Shown here one piece after another: positions 18,967-31,100 of a stretch of DNA of 64,000 nt (positions within the stretch are counted from its first letter, which is position 1; every line of letters begins with the position of its first letter). The notes beneath the pieces are model-generated. The model saw nothing but the letters and a program-made list of their open reading frames with translations. It searched no databases and was not told the origin of the DNA. The position numbers and the translations under genes are program-made. The DNA is from an uncultured Bacteroidia bacterium (GTDB lineage Bacteria; Bacteroidota; Bacteroidia; NS11-12g; UBA9320): contig CALSMN010000007.1 of the NCBI GenBank assembly GCA_943787465.1, forward strand, positions 58,004 to 122,003. The letters run 5' to 3'.

Positions 18967-21279
18967 TTAATATATCTGCCTGAACCGTACCACGAACTTG
19001 TTTAATGTGTCTGCTTTAATTTTAGAATAAATATCCGAAGGGAGCACCATATCACCTGTTACTCCAAGTAGCATAAGTCCTAGGCCGTTATTACCCACTG
19101 GCAATTCTCCTTCATACTGCGGTTGTTTTATACCACGTGAATTAAAAAAGGCATCTATTTTAGCTTTTATCTCTTTTTCAATGCCTTGCTCATGAATATA
19201 TAGTTCACATTGTTGATCAATGGCAGCATTCATAAAATAACCTAAAAGCATAGGCGCAGGACCATTGATAGTCATACTTACCGACGTCATTGGATTGGCT
19301 AGGTTAAATCCAGAATACAGCTTTTTTGCATCATCCAAACAACAAATACTCACTCCAGCATTACCAATTTTACCATAGATATCAGGACGATGATCTGGAT
19401 CATTTCCGTATAAGGTTACCGAATCAAAGGCTGTGCTTAACCGTTTAGCGGGCATACTGCTACTCAAATAATGAAAACGTTTATTCGTTCTTTCAGGACC
19501 TCCTTCACCCGCAAACATACGAGTGGGGTCTTCTCCTTGACGTTTGAATGGGTATATTCCTGCTGTAAACGGAAATTTACCGGGCACATTTTCTTGTAAA
19601 TTCCATTGTAAAATGTCACCCCAAGCCTCATATTTAGGTAGCGATACTTTGCTTATTTTTTGATGTGATAGTGAGGTCGTTTTAGTTTCAACCTTAATTT
19701 CTCTTCCACGGACCAAATACGTATATATATCATTGGCGTATGCCGCTTTTAGCTGATCCCACTCGTCTAAAACCACCTGAAGTTTGGGGTCAAAATCAAG
19801 AGCCACTCTGGCATACGTCTCTTTTAAATCTTTTATCAAACGATCAGAATCGTCAACCGCTGTCTCTTGAATAGTCTGAATAGTTTTATGAATTCCGAAT
19901 AATTTTTGAGCAATATTGGCTTGTTGTTTTGCCCATTGATTGTAACTCCGATTATTTTCTGCTATTTCAGATAAATACCGAACTCGTTTAGGAGGTATAA
20001 TATATATTTTCTCACTCAATTCTTGAGTAGTACCATACGAAGTATTTAGATCCGCATTTGTGTTCGTTTGAATCGTTTTTATCAGTGTAGCATACAATGA
20101 ATTCACACCTGGATCATTAAATTGACTTGCTATAGTCCCAAAAACGGGCATTTTATCTGGATCTTGATCAAATAATTGATGATTCCGTTGAAATTGTTTC
20201 TTAACATCTCTGAGTGCATCTAGAGCACCACGTTTATCAAACTTATTGAGTGCTATCACATCCGCAAAATCAAGCATATCAATTTTCTCTAACTGGGTGG
20301 CAGCTCCATATTCTGGAGTCATTACATATAAACTCACATCACTGTGATCTGTAATCTCTGTGTCGCTTTGTCCAATACCCGAAGTTTCTAAAATAATTAA
20401 GTCATACCCGGCCACTTTCAATATATCTTTAGCCGTATCAATATGCGCTGACAAGGCTAAATTTGCTTGTCTTGTTGCTAAAGAACGCATATAAACTCGC
20501 TCACTACGAATACTGTTCATTCGGATTCGGTCACCTAAAAGGGCACCGCCTGTTTTACGTTTTGATGGATCTACTGATATAATTGCTATATTTTTTTTAG
20601 GGAAATCCAGTAAAAAACGTCGAACTAATTCATCTACTAAGCTACTTTTTCCTGCTCCCCCAGTTCCAGTTATTCCTAACACAGGAGTTGATATCGTTTT
20701 AGCCTCACGTTGAATTTGATCTAAAAAGGCTTTGTTTTCTTTAGGAAAATTTTCTGCAGCAGAAATGATCCGTGCAATAGACATCTTGTTGCGTGTCCTG
20801 AACGAATCTATTTCGCCATTTAGATGTTGACCTGTTGCAAAATCTGATTTTTGAATCAAATCATTAATCATTCCTTGAAGTCCCATAGACCTTCCATCAT
20901 CTGGATGATATATTTTAGCTATGCCATATGCTTCTAACTTCTCAATTTCTTCTGGTAAAATTGTGCCCCCACCACCACCAAATAGTTGAATATGACTAGC
21001 TCCTTTTTCAACCAAAAGATCGCGCATATATTTAAAATATTCATTATGACCTCCTTGGTAACTGGTCATTGCAATCGCATTGGCATCTTCTTGAATAGCT
21101 GTATTAACAACTTCTTCAGCACTTCTATCATGGCCTAAATGTATCACTTCACATCCACTCGCCTGAATTATCCTTCGCATAACATTGATTGCGGCATCAT
21201 GGCCGTCAAACAAGGATGCGGCAGTTACAATTCTAACTTTATGTTTAGGAGAATAGGGCGTTTGATCTTGCATGTGCAA
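18967..21279 (-). CDS. icmF: fused B12-dependent acyl-CoA mutase (IcmF-like): B12-binding domain + MeaB-like GTPase + start of mutase barrel (frameshifted, continues in 17894-18910)
   Basis: The N-terminal B12-binding domain carries [12 protein letters not shown]. The MeaB-like P-loop is [17 protein letters not shown]. The ORF ends with [14 protein letters not shown], which aligns to the mutase motif DILKEFMVRNTYIY immediately before a premature stop. Confidence 0.75.
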   Translation of the reverse strand: MHMQDQTPYSPKHKVRIVTAASLFDGHDAAINVMRRIIQASGCEVIHLGHDRSAEEVVNTAIQEDANAIAMTSYQGGHNEYFKYMRDLLVEKGASHIQLFGGGGGTILPEEIEKLEAYGIAKIYHPDDGRSMGLQGMINDLIQKSDFATGQHLNGEIDSFRTRNKMSIARIISAAENFPKENKAFLDQIQREAKTISTPVLGITGTGGAGKSSLVDELVRRFLLDFPKKNIAIISVDPSKRKTGGALLGDRIRMNSIRSERVYMRSLATRQANLALSAHIDTAKDILKVAGYDLIILETSGIGQSDTEITDHSDVSLYVMTPEYGAATQLEKIDMLDFADVIALNKFDKRGALDALRDVKKQFQRNHQLFDQDPDKMPVFGTIASQFNDPGVNSLYATLIKTIQTNTNADLNTSYGTTQELSEKIYIIPPKRVRYLSEIAENNRSYNQWAKQQANIAQKLFGIHKTIQTIQETAVDDSDRLIKDLKETYARVALDFDPKLQVVLDEWDQLKAAYANDIYTYLVRGREIKVETKTTSLSHQKISKVSLPKYEAWGDILQWNLQENVPGKFPFTAGIYPFKRQGEDPTRMFAGEGGPERTNKRFHYLSSSMPAKRLSTAFDSVTLYGNDPDHRPDIYGKIGNAGVSICCLDDAKKLYSGFNLANPMTSVSMTINGPAPMLLGYFMNAAIDQQCELYIHEQGIEKEIKAKIDAFFNSRGIKQPQYEGELPVGNNGLGLMLLGVTGDMVLPSDIYSKIKADTLNKFVVRFRQIY

Positions 21280-21445
21280 ATTATTATTAGTTACAAAGAT
21301 AAGTGATTGAAAACGTTCGAAAATAGTATACCTAGAATAGAATATTTAAAAATAAGTAATTGAAGGAAAAAGAATGATCCAACATTAAACCAATTGACCA
21401 ACGGTATTTCTTTTATATTTACGGCAAATTTATTAAATAACATTA

Positions 21446-22819
21446 ATGATAATAATCAGAGGATTCATTGGAATAATCATTTTGATTGGATTTGCTTTCA
21501 TTTTTAGTAAGCATAAAAAACATATCAACTGGAAATTAGTCTTATCAGGTATTTTGATCCAATTTATACTCGCAATTCTTGTATTTAAACAAATCGAAAT
21601 TCCATTCACGAATATTTCTATTTCAATTATATTCACATTTTTAGCTGGCTTCTTTACTCAATTATTAGCTTTTACTGATTCTGGTGCCCAGTTTATTTTT
21701 GGAAATTGGCCAGATTCTGCTCAAATCTTCAAATTGGGGTCTAATGGACCCATTGAACATACAATTGGTTATGTGTTTGCCTTTAAGGTTTTGCCAACTG
21801 TCGTTTTCTTTTCTGCACTTACCTCACTTCTTTATTATTTAGGAATACTCCAAAAAATTGTTTACGGATTTGCTTGGGTACTTAGTAAAACGATGCGGCT
21901 ATCTGGTGCAGAAAGTTTGGCAGCAGCCGCCAATATTTTTGTGGGTCAAACTGAAGCACCCTTGATTGTAAAACCATACATTGCTCATATGACTAAATCT
22001 GAGATTATGTGTTTAATGACAGGAGGTATGGCAACTATAGCTGGCGGTGTTTTTGCTGCATTTATTGGATTTCTTGGAGGTGATGACATCGCTTCTCAAC
22101 AAGAATTCGCCAAACATTTGTTAACTGCATCTATTCTTTCTGCACCAGCTGCAATTGTCTGTGCTAAAATTCTATTTCCAGAGACTGAAGAAATCAATCA
22201 AAATTTAGAAATCAACAAAGAAAAAATAGGGAATGGACCACTAGAAGCAATTTCCAATGGCACTACCGACGGAATAAAGCTTGCCGTCAATGTAGCTGGT
22301 ATGATTTTGGTTTTTCTAGCATTTATTTCCTTGATCAATTATTTGTTAATCAATATTATCGGAGAATTCAACGGAATAGGATCTTGGCAATTTACATCCC
22401 TCAATGAAATTATTGAGACAAGGACTATATTTGATTCATTCAATCTTCAGATGATATTGGGATATCTTTTTGCTCCCTTTGCATGGATTATTGGTATCCA
22501 TTCAAATGACATATTAATAGCTGGTCAACTACTGGGTGAAAAAACCGTCATCAACGAATTTATTGCCTATTTATCGCTGAAAGACATCGTTGCAGAAAAT
22601 ACAACAAATGCCCTCCTTCAAAAAAGAACCATCATTATTCTTACCTACGCATTGTGTGGATTTTCCAATTTTGCATCCATAGGCATCCAAATTGGAGGTA
22701 TTGGTTCTATTGCTCCTAATCAACGAAGCACATTAGCTAAACTAGGACTTCGATCTCTTTTAGGAGGAACATTGGCTTGTCTCATGACTGCAGCAGTAGC
22801 AGGTATGTTCACATTATGA
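21446..22819 (+). CDS. nupC: NupC/CNT-family concentrative nucleoside transporter
   Basis: 457 aa polytopic membrane protein with CNT-family conserved blocks GQTEAPLIVKPY and GFSNFASIGIQIGG. Confidence 0.8.
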   Translation: MIIIRGFIGIIILIGFAFIFSKHKKHINWKLVLSGILIQFILAILVFKQIEIPFTNISISIIFTFLAGFFTQLLAFTDSGAQFIFGNWPDSAQIFKLGSNGPIEHTIGYVFAFKVLPTVVFFSALTSLLYYLGILQKIVYGFAWVLSKTMRLSGAESLAAAANIFVGQTEAPLIVKPYIAHMTKSEIMCLMTGGMATIAGGVFAAFIGFLGGDDIASQQEFAKHLLTASILSAPAAIVCAKILFPETEEINQNLEINKEKIGNGPLEAISNGTTDGIKLAVNVAGMILVFLAFISLINYLLINIIGEFNGIGSWQFTSLNEIIETRTIFDSFNLQMILGYLFAPFAWIIGIHSNDILIAGQLLGEKTVINEFIAYLSLKDIVAENTTNALLQKRTIIILTYALCGFSNFASIGIQIGGIGSIAPNQRSTLAKLGLRSLLGGTLACLMTAAVAGMFTL

Positions 22820-23526
22820 TGAATCGCGGTTTTTTATATGGTGATGGTTTTTTTGAAACTATACGTATATATAATGGACAGGTGCCTTTGTTACATTATC
22901 ATATTCAACGTATCCATGAGGGTTTGAAAATTTATCATCTTGAGCACTCTTTCCCAATTGATGAACTGTTCATAAGATCACTTATAACCAACGAAAACCA
23001 AATTATTAGAGTAAATTTTTTTAGAAGCGGTGGTGGTAAATATTTACCAGAAAATAATGAGTTGTCATTTGATTTCACGTGTGAGCAATGTGATTTACCC
23101 TTCTTTCTTCCTACCCAGTTAGATCTCGAATCTGAACTCCAGAAAGCTCCAATTCAATTGGGTCAATTCAAACTTTATGATCAACCCAAACCTGTTGTGA
23201 ATTGGTTGACGGTTAAAAGCTTATCTAGTATATACTATGTTTTGGCCGCTGAATTCATGAAAAAATCAGAAGCCGACTACTTATTCATAAAAAATCAGGA
23301 CGGAGATATCTGTGAGGAATTGATTAGCAATATTTTAATTTTTGACGGAGAAAATTATATAACTCCATCACTGTCATCTGGTGGAATATACGGAGTCACA
23401 TTAAGACATATTATTTCAAATTATCATTTTCAAATTATTGAAAGAAAAATAAACTATGATGATATCTGCCATGCTTCAAAGATATTTTCATTGAGAGGCA
23501 CAGTAGGAATAACCCGCATAAAATAA
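22816..23526 (+). CDS. class IV aminotransferase family protein (aminodeoxychorismate lyase-like)
   Basis: The N-terminus MMNRGFLYGDGFFETIRIYNGQVPLL is typical of PabC/IlvE-fold proteins. The start overlaps the nupC stop (ATGA). Confidence 0.65.
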   Translation: MMNRGFLYGDGFFETIRIYNGQVPLLHYHIQRIHEGLKIYHLEHSFPIDELFIRSLITNENQIIRVNFFRSGGGKYLPENNELSFDFTCEQCDLPFFLPTQLDLESELQKAPIQLGQFKLYDQPKPVVNWLTVKSLSSIYYVLAAEFMKKSEADYLFIKNQDGDICEELISNILIFDGENYITPSLSSGGIYGVTLRHIISNYHFQIIERKINYDDICHASKIFSLRGTVGITRIK

Positions 23527-23576
23527 AAATGCCCACTTTATTCAAGTAGGCATAATTCTATTTTTTTGTAATTATA

Positions 23577-24887
23577 TTAGTAACGGTAATGTTCTCCTTT
23601 ATAAGGACCTTGCATACCTACACCTATATAATCAGCTTGATCTTTGCTTAATTCTTCTAACTCAACCCCAATTTTAGATAAATGAAGAGCTGCCACTTTT
23701 TCATCCAAATGTTTAGGAAGAACATAAACTTCATTGTTATAGTTTTCTGAATTTTGCCACAATTCTAGTTGTGCGAGCGTTTGATTTGTAAATGAATTAC
23801 TCATTACAAATGACGGATGACCAGTAGCACAACCTAAGTTAACCAATCGACCTTCAGCTAATAATATTATTTCATTGCCATCAATATTATAAACATCCAC
23901 TTGAGGCTTAACCTCAAACTTGGTATGTCCATAATTCGAATTTAAATAGGCTACATCTATTTCATTATCAAAATGACCAATGTTACAAACAATTGTTTTA
24001 TCGTTCATTAATTTGAAGTGTTTTTCAACAAGAATGTCTTTATTCCCTGTAGCTGTTACTACAATTTGAGCTCTTGGAATAGCATTTTCCATCTTTTTGA
24101 CTTCATAACCGTCCATAGCAGCTTGCAAAGCACATATTGGATCAATTTCAGTTACGATCACACGAGCGCCAGCTCCAGAAAGAGATGCAGCTGTCCCTTT
24201 ACCAACATCACCATATCCAGCAACAACTGCTACTTTCCCGGCAATCATTACATCAGTAGCTCTTCGAATAGCATCTACAGCACTTTCTTTACAACCATAT
24301 TTATTGTCAAATTTTGATTTAGTAACAGAATCATTGATGTTAATGGCAGGCAAAGGAAGAGTTCCTATTTTTTGTCTATCATGCAGCCTTAGCACTCCAG
24401 TTGTTGTCTCTTCAGAAATTCCTTTGATACCACTTACAAGTTCTGGATAATTATCTAAAACCATGTTGGTCAAATCACCTCCATCGTCAAGAATCATGTT
24501 TAGCGGTTTATCACCTTCAAAAGCATGAAGTGTTTGTTCAATACACCAATCAAACTCTTCCTCGTTCATTCCTTTCCAAGCAAAAACTGGAATTCCAGCG
24601 GCAGCTATTGCCGCAGCAGCTTGATCTTGCGTTGAAAAGATATTACAACTACTCCAAGAAACTTCTGCACCAAGAGCTGTCAAGGTTTCAATAAGAACAG
24701 CAGTTTGGATGGTCATGTGAAGACATCCTGCTATACGTGCACCTGCTAGAGGTTGTGATGGTCCAAACTCTTCACGAAGAGCCATTAGGCCCGGCATTTC
24801 TGCTTCAGCAATATTTATTTCTTTTCTTCCCCACTCAGCTAGTGAGATATCTTTAACCTTATATCTAGTCATTGATTCTGTTGTCAT
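23577..24887 (-). CDS. ahcY: adenosylhomocysteinase
   Basis: [24 protein letters not shown] is the canonical AhcY N-terminus. The NAD-binding motif GYGDVGKG is present. The ATG at 24887 is preferred over the upstream ATG at 24908. Confidence 0.95.
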   Translation of the reverse strand: MTTESMTRYKVKDISLAEWGRKEINIAEAEMPGLMALREEFGPSQPLAGARIAGCLHMTIQTAVLIETLTALGAEVSWSSCNIFSTQDQAAAAIAAAGIPVFAWKGMNEEEFDWCIEQTLHAFEGDKPLNMILDDGGDLTNMVLDNYPELVSGIKGISEETTTGVLRLHDRQKIGTLPLPAININDSVTKSKFDNKYGCKESAVDAIRRATDVMIAGKVAVVAGYGDVGKGTAASLSGAGARVIVTEIDPICALQAAMDGYEVKKMENAIPRAQIVVTATGNKDILVEKHFKLMNDKTIVCNIGHFDNEIDVAYLNSNYGHTKFEVKPQVDVYNIDGNEIILLAEGRLVNLGCATGHPSFVMSNSFTNQTLAQLELWQNSENYNNEVYVLPKHLDEKVAALHLSKIGVELEELSKDQADYIGVGMQGPYKGEHYRY

Positions 24888-24976
24888 CTTATTTTTATAT
24901 TGGTGCAAATTTAATATTATATAAACAATCCTTTGATTCCTTTTGTTGCATATTTGTAAAATAAAATTAAAAACCT

Positions 24977-25390
24977 ATGTATCCAGAAGAATTAGTAGCT
25001 CCAATGCGAGCAGATTTAACCAACAATGGTTTTGTGGAACTGAGAGATTCAGAACAAGTTAACAATACATTCAGAAATTGTAAAGGAACAGCCCTTTTGG
25101 TTGTTAATAGTGTATGTGGTTGTGCTGCAGGAAGTGCAAGACCAGGTGCATTAAACTCTCTTGATAGCGACAAAAAACCAGATCAATTATTTACGGTGTT
25201 TGCAGGACAAGACACTGATGCTACAAACGAAGCACGAAAATATTTACTTCCATATCCTCCATCATCTCCAAGTATTGGTCTATTTAAGGATGGAGAGTTA
25301 GTTCACTTTGTTGAACGACATCATATTGAAGGTCGATCTGCTGAGATGATCTCAGCACACCTCAAAGAGGTGTATAATGAGTTTTGCTAG
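24977..25390 (+). CDS. bacilliredoxin-like thiol-disulfide oxidoreductase (YphP/YqiW DUF1094 family, CGC motif)
   Basis: 137 aa with a VCGCAAG active-site-like motif characteristic of the BrxA/BrxB family. Confidence 0.55.
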   Translation: MYPEELVAPMRADLTNNGFVELRDSEQVNNTFRNCKGTALLVVNSVCGCAAGSARPGALNSLDSDKKPDQLFTVFAGQDTDATNEARKYLLPYPPSSPSIGLFKDGELVHFVERHHIEGRSAEMISAHLKEVYNEFC

Positions 25391-25407
25391 TCTGATATTT
25401 AAGATAA

Positions 25408-25452
25408 GAAAAAAAAGGAGGATGAAATAAATTTCATCCTCCTTTTTTTTCT
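25408..25452. terminator. bidirectional rho-independent terminator
   Basis: Perfect 13-bp stem (AGGAGGATGAAAT / ATTTCATCCTCCT) flanked by an A-run and a T-run. It sits between convergent genes. Confidence 0.8.
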
Positions 25453-25472
25453 TAATTTTTAATTAGAGATAA

Positions 25473-26897
25473 TTATGGTGCTCCTACTCTGTGCATAGCA
25501 CATCTAAAACCAAGGGTTGACAATGATTGCTCTTCATCTAAATATCTTCTTGTGCCTGGTGAAGCCCAATAAATTCTATCATTCCATGACCCTCCTTTGT
25601 ATACTCTAGCTTGGTTATCAATAAGTGTAGACACACCATATTCATAACCTTGTTCGCCATCCATATACAGTTCCTCATCCAAATATCCCATGTTATCTGC
25701 TCTTTTATAGTTTCTTCTTCCAACGTTTTCCTCTTCGGTAACAGGAACATATACAATTCTTCCTAAACTGTCTTTTAAGTCAACAATACCATCTTGATCC
25801 AAACTAACTTTATCAAAAACATTTCCTCTAAAAGAGTTAAAATCACTCACATCTTCATAGGATAAAGGTCTGTAAACATCCATCACCCATTCAGCAACGT
25901 TACCACTCATATTATATAAACCATGATCATTAGGCCAATATGAAGCAACTGATGTTGTGATTAATGCCCCATCATTTAATCGATTTGCAATACCTCCTTG
26001 ATCACCTTTGCCTCGTTTGAAGTTACCATACATGTATCCTCTATCTCTCTCATCTCCACCAGAGTATCTTACGGTTAAACCTTCCCATGAGTATATTTTC
26101 TTTTGGTTTATATTTTCATAAGTAGAGGAACCAATATTGGCTTGTGCAGCATATTCCCATTCAGCTTCAGTTGGAAGTCTATAATCTGGAAGCATAATAC
26201 CATCTTCCATTCTAACTTGACGAGTTCCACCTTTTTTCACTCGATAATCTTTCATTTGATGTTTACCGAAAGTTAATCCATCGCTTTGACCTACATAGTA
26301 TGCATCAGTATTAAAGTTAGCTTCATTCATTTGCTCAGGTTCTGGTTCTAAAACACCTTCTCTGATGAGAATCATTTCATTAACTCTATCTGTTCTCCAT
26401 GCAGCATAAGCTGTAGCTTGTTGCCAACTAACTCCCACTACAGGGTAATCTTGATACGCTGGATGACGATAATATAAATCGACATAAGGTTCGTTGTAGG
26501 CCAGTCGATTTCTCCATACATTGGTATCAGGCAACGCATTGATACCTACTTCAGGATAGTCAACATACACACGTTTCAACCAATATACATATTCTCTGTA
26601 ATGATTATTAGTGACTTCTGTTTCATCCATGTAAAATGATGGAACGGTAACCTTTCGTTCAACATTATTGTGTTCATAGGTTACATCTTGTTCTGACGAA
26701 CCCATGGTAAAAGTACCACCATGGACAAGCACTAAACCAGGTCCTGTTTCTTGACCCGCATATTCGTGTTTTTCAAAGCCACCCCATTTGGAATCGTTGT
26801 AATTCCAACCCGTACTGGCTGATTTTTGTTTTTTACAAGCCACAGTTGACATCAAAGAGGCAGCAAGTAGTGTGATTGTGAGTTTATTAAATTTCAT
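25473..26897 (-). CDS. gldJ: gliding-motility lipoprotein of the GldJ/GldK family (FGE-sulfatase fold)
   Basis: Lipoprotein signal peptide LMSTVAC. SUMF1/FGE-like motifs GGSWNDRIYW and LGFRCAM are present. It is adjacent to porU-porV, as gldJ is in Flavobacterium. Its 474-aa size is closer to GldK, so the J/K assignment is uncertain. Confidence 0.6.
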   Translation of the reverse strand: MKFNKLTITLLAASLMSTVACKKQKSASTGWNYNDSKWGGFEKHEYAGQETGPGLVLVHGGTFTMGSSEQDVTYEHNNVERKVTVPSFYMDETEVTNNHYREYVYWLKRVYVDYPEVGINALPDTNVWRNRLAYNEPYVDLYYRHPAYQDYPVVGVSWQQATAYAAWRTDRVNEMILIREGVLEPEPEQMNEANFNTDAYYVGQSDGLTFGKHQMKDYRVKKGGTRQVRMEDGIMLPDYRLPTEAEWEYAAQANIGSSTYENINQKKIYSWEGLTVRYSGGDERDRGYMYGNFKRGKGDQGGIANRLNDGALITTSVASYWPNDHGLYNMSGNVAEWVMDVYRPLSYEDVSDFNSFRGNVFDKVSLDQDGIVDLKDSLGRIVYVPVTEEENVGRRNYKRADNMGYLDEELYMDGEQGYEYGVSTLIDNQARVYKGGSWNDRIYWASPGTRRYLDEEQSLSTLGFRCAMHRVGAP

Positions 26898-26970
26898 ATT
26901 GTAAGAAACTTTTTTTAATAACTATATTCTTTTAATAATATTATGCAATTATACAATTTTATGTTTCCAA

Positions 26971-27963
26971 TTAAAAATCTGGACAAGATAGCTTTCTGTA
27001 TTTTCTATTGGGTTTTTTGGCACACCATTCTATTCCAGTGGAAATTTCATGAGAACTTGGAGCTGCTGAACGAGCATCAGAAACTGTCAAGTCAAAACTA
27101 TATCCAAATTTAAATCGATCTTTTCTAAACCCTACGAGCCCCATGAGTGCATCTGAATTACCGTATTCACCAAAGGTTTGTCTAAACCAAAGTCCAGTAA
27201 CTAATGGTCCTTTATTGTAATAGAAACCGATATTCATTTGGGTAAATTTATTTTGCAACATAAATAGTACATTGGGGGAGATGGTTGATTCGGGAATCTT
27301 TCTTCCATCCAAAGGAATGACTAAACCACTATGAGCTGTATATCTTCGAGGGACAATGGCATCGGGATTACCAAAGAACGATTGATTAGGTTCAATTAAA
27401 TTATGAACAGCTACACCACCATAAAAGCGTTCGGTGTATCCCAAAATACCAGTGGAAAAATTTGCAAAACCCACCCCATCAGATACATATGGTTCAGCAG
27501 TAGGGTTTACAAATCCCTTACTTTCATCGATTTGATCTTCAAATCGAAGTCGTTGCCAATCGATACTACGTTGTCCGTATTGTCCTTCAATACCAAATCG
27601 CATTGTGAATCTTCTATTTACGTCTAATTGAAATGAGTATCCAGCAGAAACTGTTTGAGATCTTAATAAACCTTCGCCTGCACGATCATCCAGCAAAAGT
27701 AGGGATACCCCACCGCCTATATTATCAAAATGTTGATCATAACTGGCACTTGATGTAATGAATGTACCTGGTAATGATGGCCATTGATTTCTGTAGTTCA
27801 GAACTACACGCCCACCGCCATTGCAAGAACCTGTTCCGGCCATTGCTGGATTTGTATACACGGGTGCTGCATAAAACTGAGTAAACTCAGGATCTTGAGC
27901 ATACGTAACAACACTAGATACAAGTATTAATGATAGAATAATTATGGCTTTAAAATTTTTCAT
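26971..27963 (-). CDS. type IX secretion system membrane protein, PorP/SprF family
   Basis: Signal peptide followed by AQDPEFTQFYAAPVYTNPAMAG, the characteristic PorP/SprF N-terminal motif. The fold is beta-barrel-like. Confidence 0.75.
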   Translation of the reverse strand: MKNFKAIIILSLILVSSVVTYAQDPEFTQFYAAPVYTNPAMAGTGSCNGGGRVVLNYRNQWPSLPGTFITSSASYDQHFDNIGGGVSLLLLDDRAGEGLLRSQTVSAGYSFQLDVNRRFTMRFGIEGQYGQRSIDWQRLRFEDQIDESKGFVNPTAEPYVSDGVGFANFSTGILGYTERFYGGVAVHNLIEPNQSFFGNPDAIVPRRYTAHSGLVIPLDGRKIPESTISPNVLFMLQNKFTQMNIGFYYNKGPLVTGLWFRQTFGEYGNSDALMGLVGFRKDRFKFGYSFDLTVSDARSAAPSSHEISTGIEWCAKKPNRKYRKLSCPDF

Positions 27964-28120
27964 TCTGTGAATTATTGTAATTTACAAAGATATAACATTT
28001 GTAAAGATACGATTATATTTTGTCATTATTATACCGCTTTTGTAAAATTTTAAATTTTTAACAATAAATATTCTTGTTCATATGTTAGTCTTTTAGCTTA
28101 TCAAGATTAAAATTGCATTC

Positions 28121-31100
28121 ATGATATTAAACTGGTCGCTGAAGTCCTTTTTTCTAAATATAATTTTTCTATTTTACTTTCAAGAAGTAATTGGTCAAGT
28201 AGCGTCAGTTGAATGGGTCATAGACGAGCAAGTCAGTTCTAATCCAGATTCTAGAGTACATGAAGTTTTGCGTCCTTTCTCTTGTGTTGGTTGTTTTGAA
28301 AAACTGACCAAGGACAAAACTTTTATGATCCCATACATCACCAGGAAGTTTTTAGCCAACGATTTTGATGTTACGGATTTAAAATTGAATAATATCACTT
28401 TTGAACGTATAAATTCAGCCCGATTAAACGCCTATTTAACTGAAAATTTTGAACTGAATTCTATTGCCACCTATGAAAAAGGCAATCGTTATATAACGCT
28501 GATTATTACGCCACTCCGTGCAAACAATAATGATGTAGATTATCTAACATCATTTGATATTTCATATACAAAAACACCGTATACCAAGACTTCGAATTCA
28601 ATTAAATACAAAAAAGACCAAACGTATACCTCTGTATTGAAAAATGGTGATTTTTATAAGATTTCTATCGCTACGGATGGAATATACAAATTTGATTGGA
28701 ATTTTATAGCATCTTTAGAAGTTAATCCTAACAATATTTCACTATCAACATTTAAGGTTTATGGCAATGGTGGGGAAATGTTGCCCGAGCTTATTATTTC
28801 AGAACGTTCCGAAGATTTAGTTGAAGTACCCATACAGGTATATGATTTTAACAACAATAATCTTTTTGATAAAGAAGACTATATTTTATGGTTTGCAAAA
28901 GACCCAACATCTATTCGCTATAAAGAATCCAATCAATCTTATGATGCGCAAGGTCATGATTTTGATATCGCATCCCATTACTTCCTAACATGGGGAGGAA
29001 ATGCTGGAAAAAGAATAACTACAATTGCTGATGGTCGAGGTCTATCTTACAATCAGACGACTAATCAATATGAGGATGTAATTTATCATGAACAGAATGA
29101 AGAAAATCACCAAAAATCTGGTCGTATCTGGTGGGGTGATAAAATGCAAAATAATACTATAAAGTCCTTCGGTTACTCCATTCCAGGTATTTCGGTAGGT
29201 GATAAAATCAGTATTCAAACCACTACCACAGCTCGATCTATTCAAGGATATCCGTCCTCTATGCAATTATTTTTAAATGATGAGCTATTAAAAAATATAC
29301 CCTACAGTTCTGTAAGTGGCAGTTATGATGATCGCTATGCTTCAGATCCAATAAAAACCATAGTTGACAAAACCGTAAATAGTGACCAAATCAATCTTAC
29401 ATTCAATTATAATAAATCATGGAATGAAGCTGCAGCTTGGATTGATTATTTTGTTATAACCGTCCCTCGAACCATTCAATTTTATGGGGAACAAAAAATA
29501 ATACGAACACAAAGAAGCATGTTGGACGGAAATACTCGTTTTGAAATATCCAATTATAATCCTTCTACCATGATTTGGAATATTACCGATTTCAAAAACC
29601 CAGCAAATCAGGAAATTGATATTCAAAATAATTCAGGATTTTTTACTGCAGAAAATATAACTATAAATAATCCTCCATTATATATATTATTTGATTTAAA
29701 TTCTACCTTAAGTCCCCGTTTTATTCAAAAAATACCTAATCAAAACTTACATGGGATTAAGGATATTGACTACCTAATTGTAACCCATACAGATTTAGTC
29801 AATCAAGCCGAACGATTGGCCGATTATCATCGAAGTAACAACCTTAGCGTATTTGTTGCTACTACCGATCAAATTTTCAATGAATTTTCATCGGGATCCC
29901 AAGACGTAACTGCAATTCGTGACTTTGCTAAGCTCTTGTATGACAGAGGCAACCTTCCAGGTGCAGAACGAACATTTAAGCACCTTCTGTTATTTGGCGA
30001 TGCAAGCTATGATTTTAAAAACGTTGAAGCAAACAATACCAATGTGGTACCCATCTATCAAAGTTATGAAAGTAACTATCCCCCCATCACCTATTGCTCT
30101 GATGATTATTATGCTATTCTTGATGATGATGAAGGTTATTGGGGCACATCTTCTAAAGATGAGGGATTAGATATTGATGTAGGTAGACTTCCTGCCTCAA
30201 ACATTGCCGAAGCCCAATTGATTGTCGATAAAATTCTTCATTACAATTCAGAAGCAAGCATAGGAAATTGGATGCAAACCATTACTTTTCTTGGAGATGA
30301 TGAGGATCAAAATAGACACGTGCAACCATCTGAAAATATGACTAAAATCATTAGTCAACAAAGCCCTGAATACAACATCAAAAAAATATGGCTCGATGCC
30401 TATGAACAAGTGTCATTTGGAAGTGGCAATAAATATCCGAAAGTCAATGAAGAAATCAATAAAGTTATTAGTTCTCAAGGTACACTGATTTTTAATTATG
30501 TAGGTCATGGTGGTGAAAATGGCATGGCACATGAACGAGTAGTCACAAGACCAGAAATATCCAATTGGACCAACTATGATAAATTATCTTTTTATATCAC
30601 GGCTAGTTGTGAACTTGCCAAAATTGATAACTTAGAAATAGAATCTCCTGGAGAATTAATGCTCTTAAATCCCAATGGTGGTGCTGTCGGTATGCTTGCA
30701 ACTACCCGCGTGGTATACATTGGAGCTAACACTGATTTAAATGCCAACTTACTCAACAACAATCTCTTAAAAAGTACAAATGGAAAGCTACCAACGCTTG
30801 GCGAAGCCTATAGAAATACTAGAAATTCTGATCCATCTGAGGAAATTAATAAACGATGTTTTATTTTGTTAGCAGATCCAGCAATGCGTTTATTGAGTCC
30901 ATCCTACCATGTTGTTACCACTAAAATTAATGAGACTGAGGTGGGATTATTTAATGATACCCTCGGAGCATTAGAAGTTGTAACTATAGAAGGTGAAATT
31001 AGAGATTTGGATCAAAAAATTATGCCCAATTTTAATGGTGAGCTATTCCCAACATTTTATGACAAACCATCAAAGTATTCTACTCTTGGTCAAGATGCAC

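Noticed and set aside
24888-24976. SAH riboswitch upstream of ahcY
   Set aside because: The region is short and AT-rich and lacks the GC-rich pseudoknot elements. SAH riboswitches are not typical of Bacteroidota.
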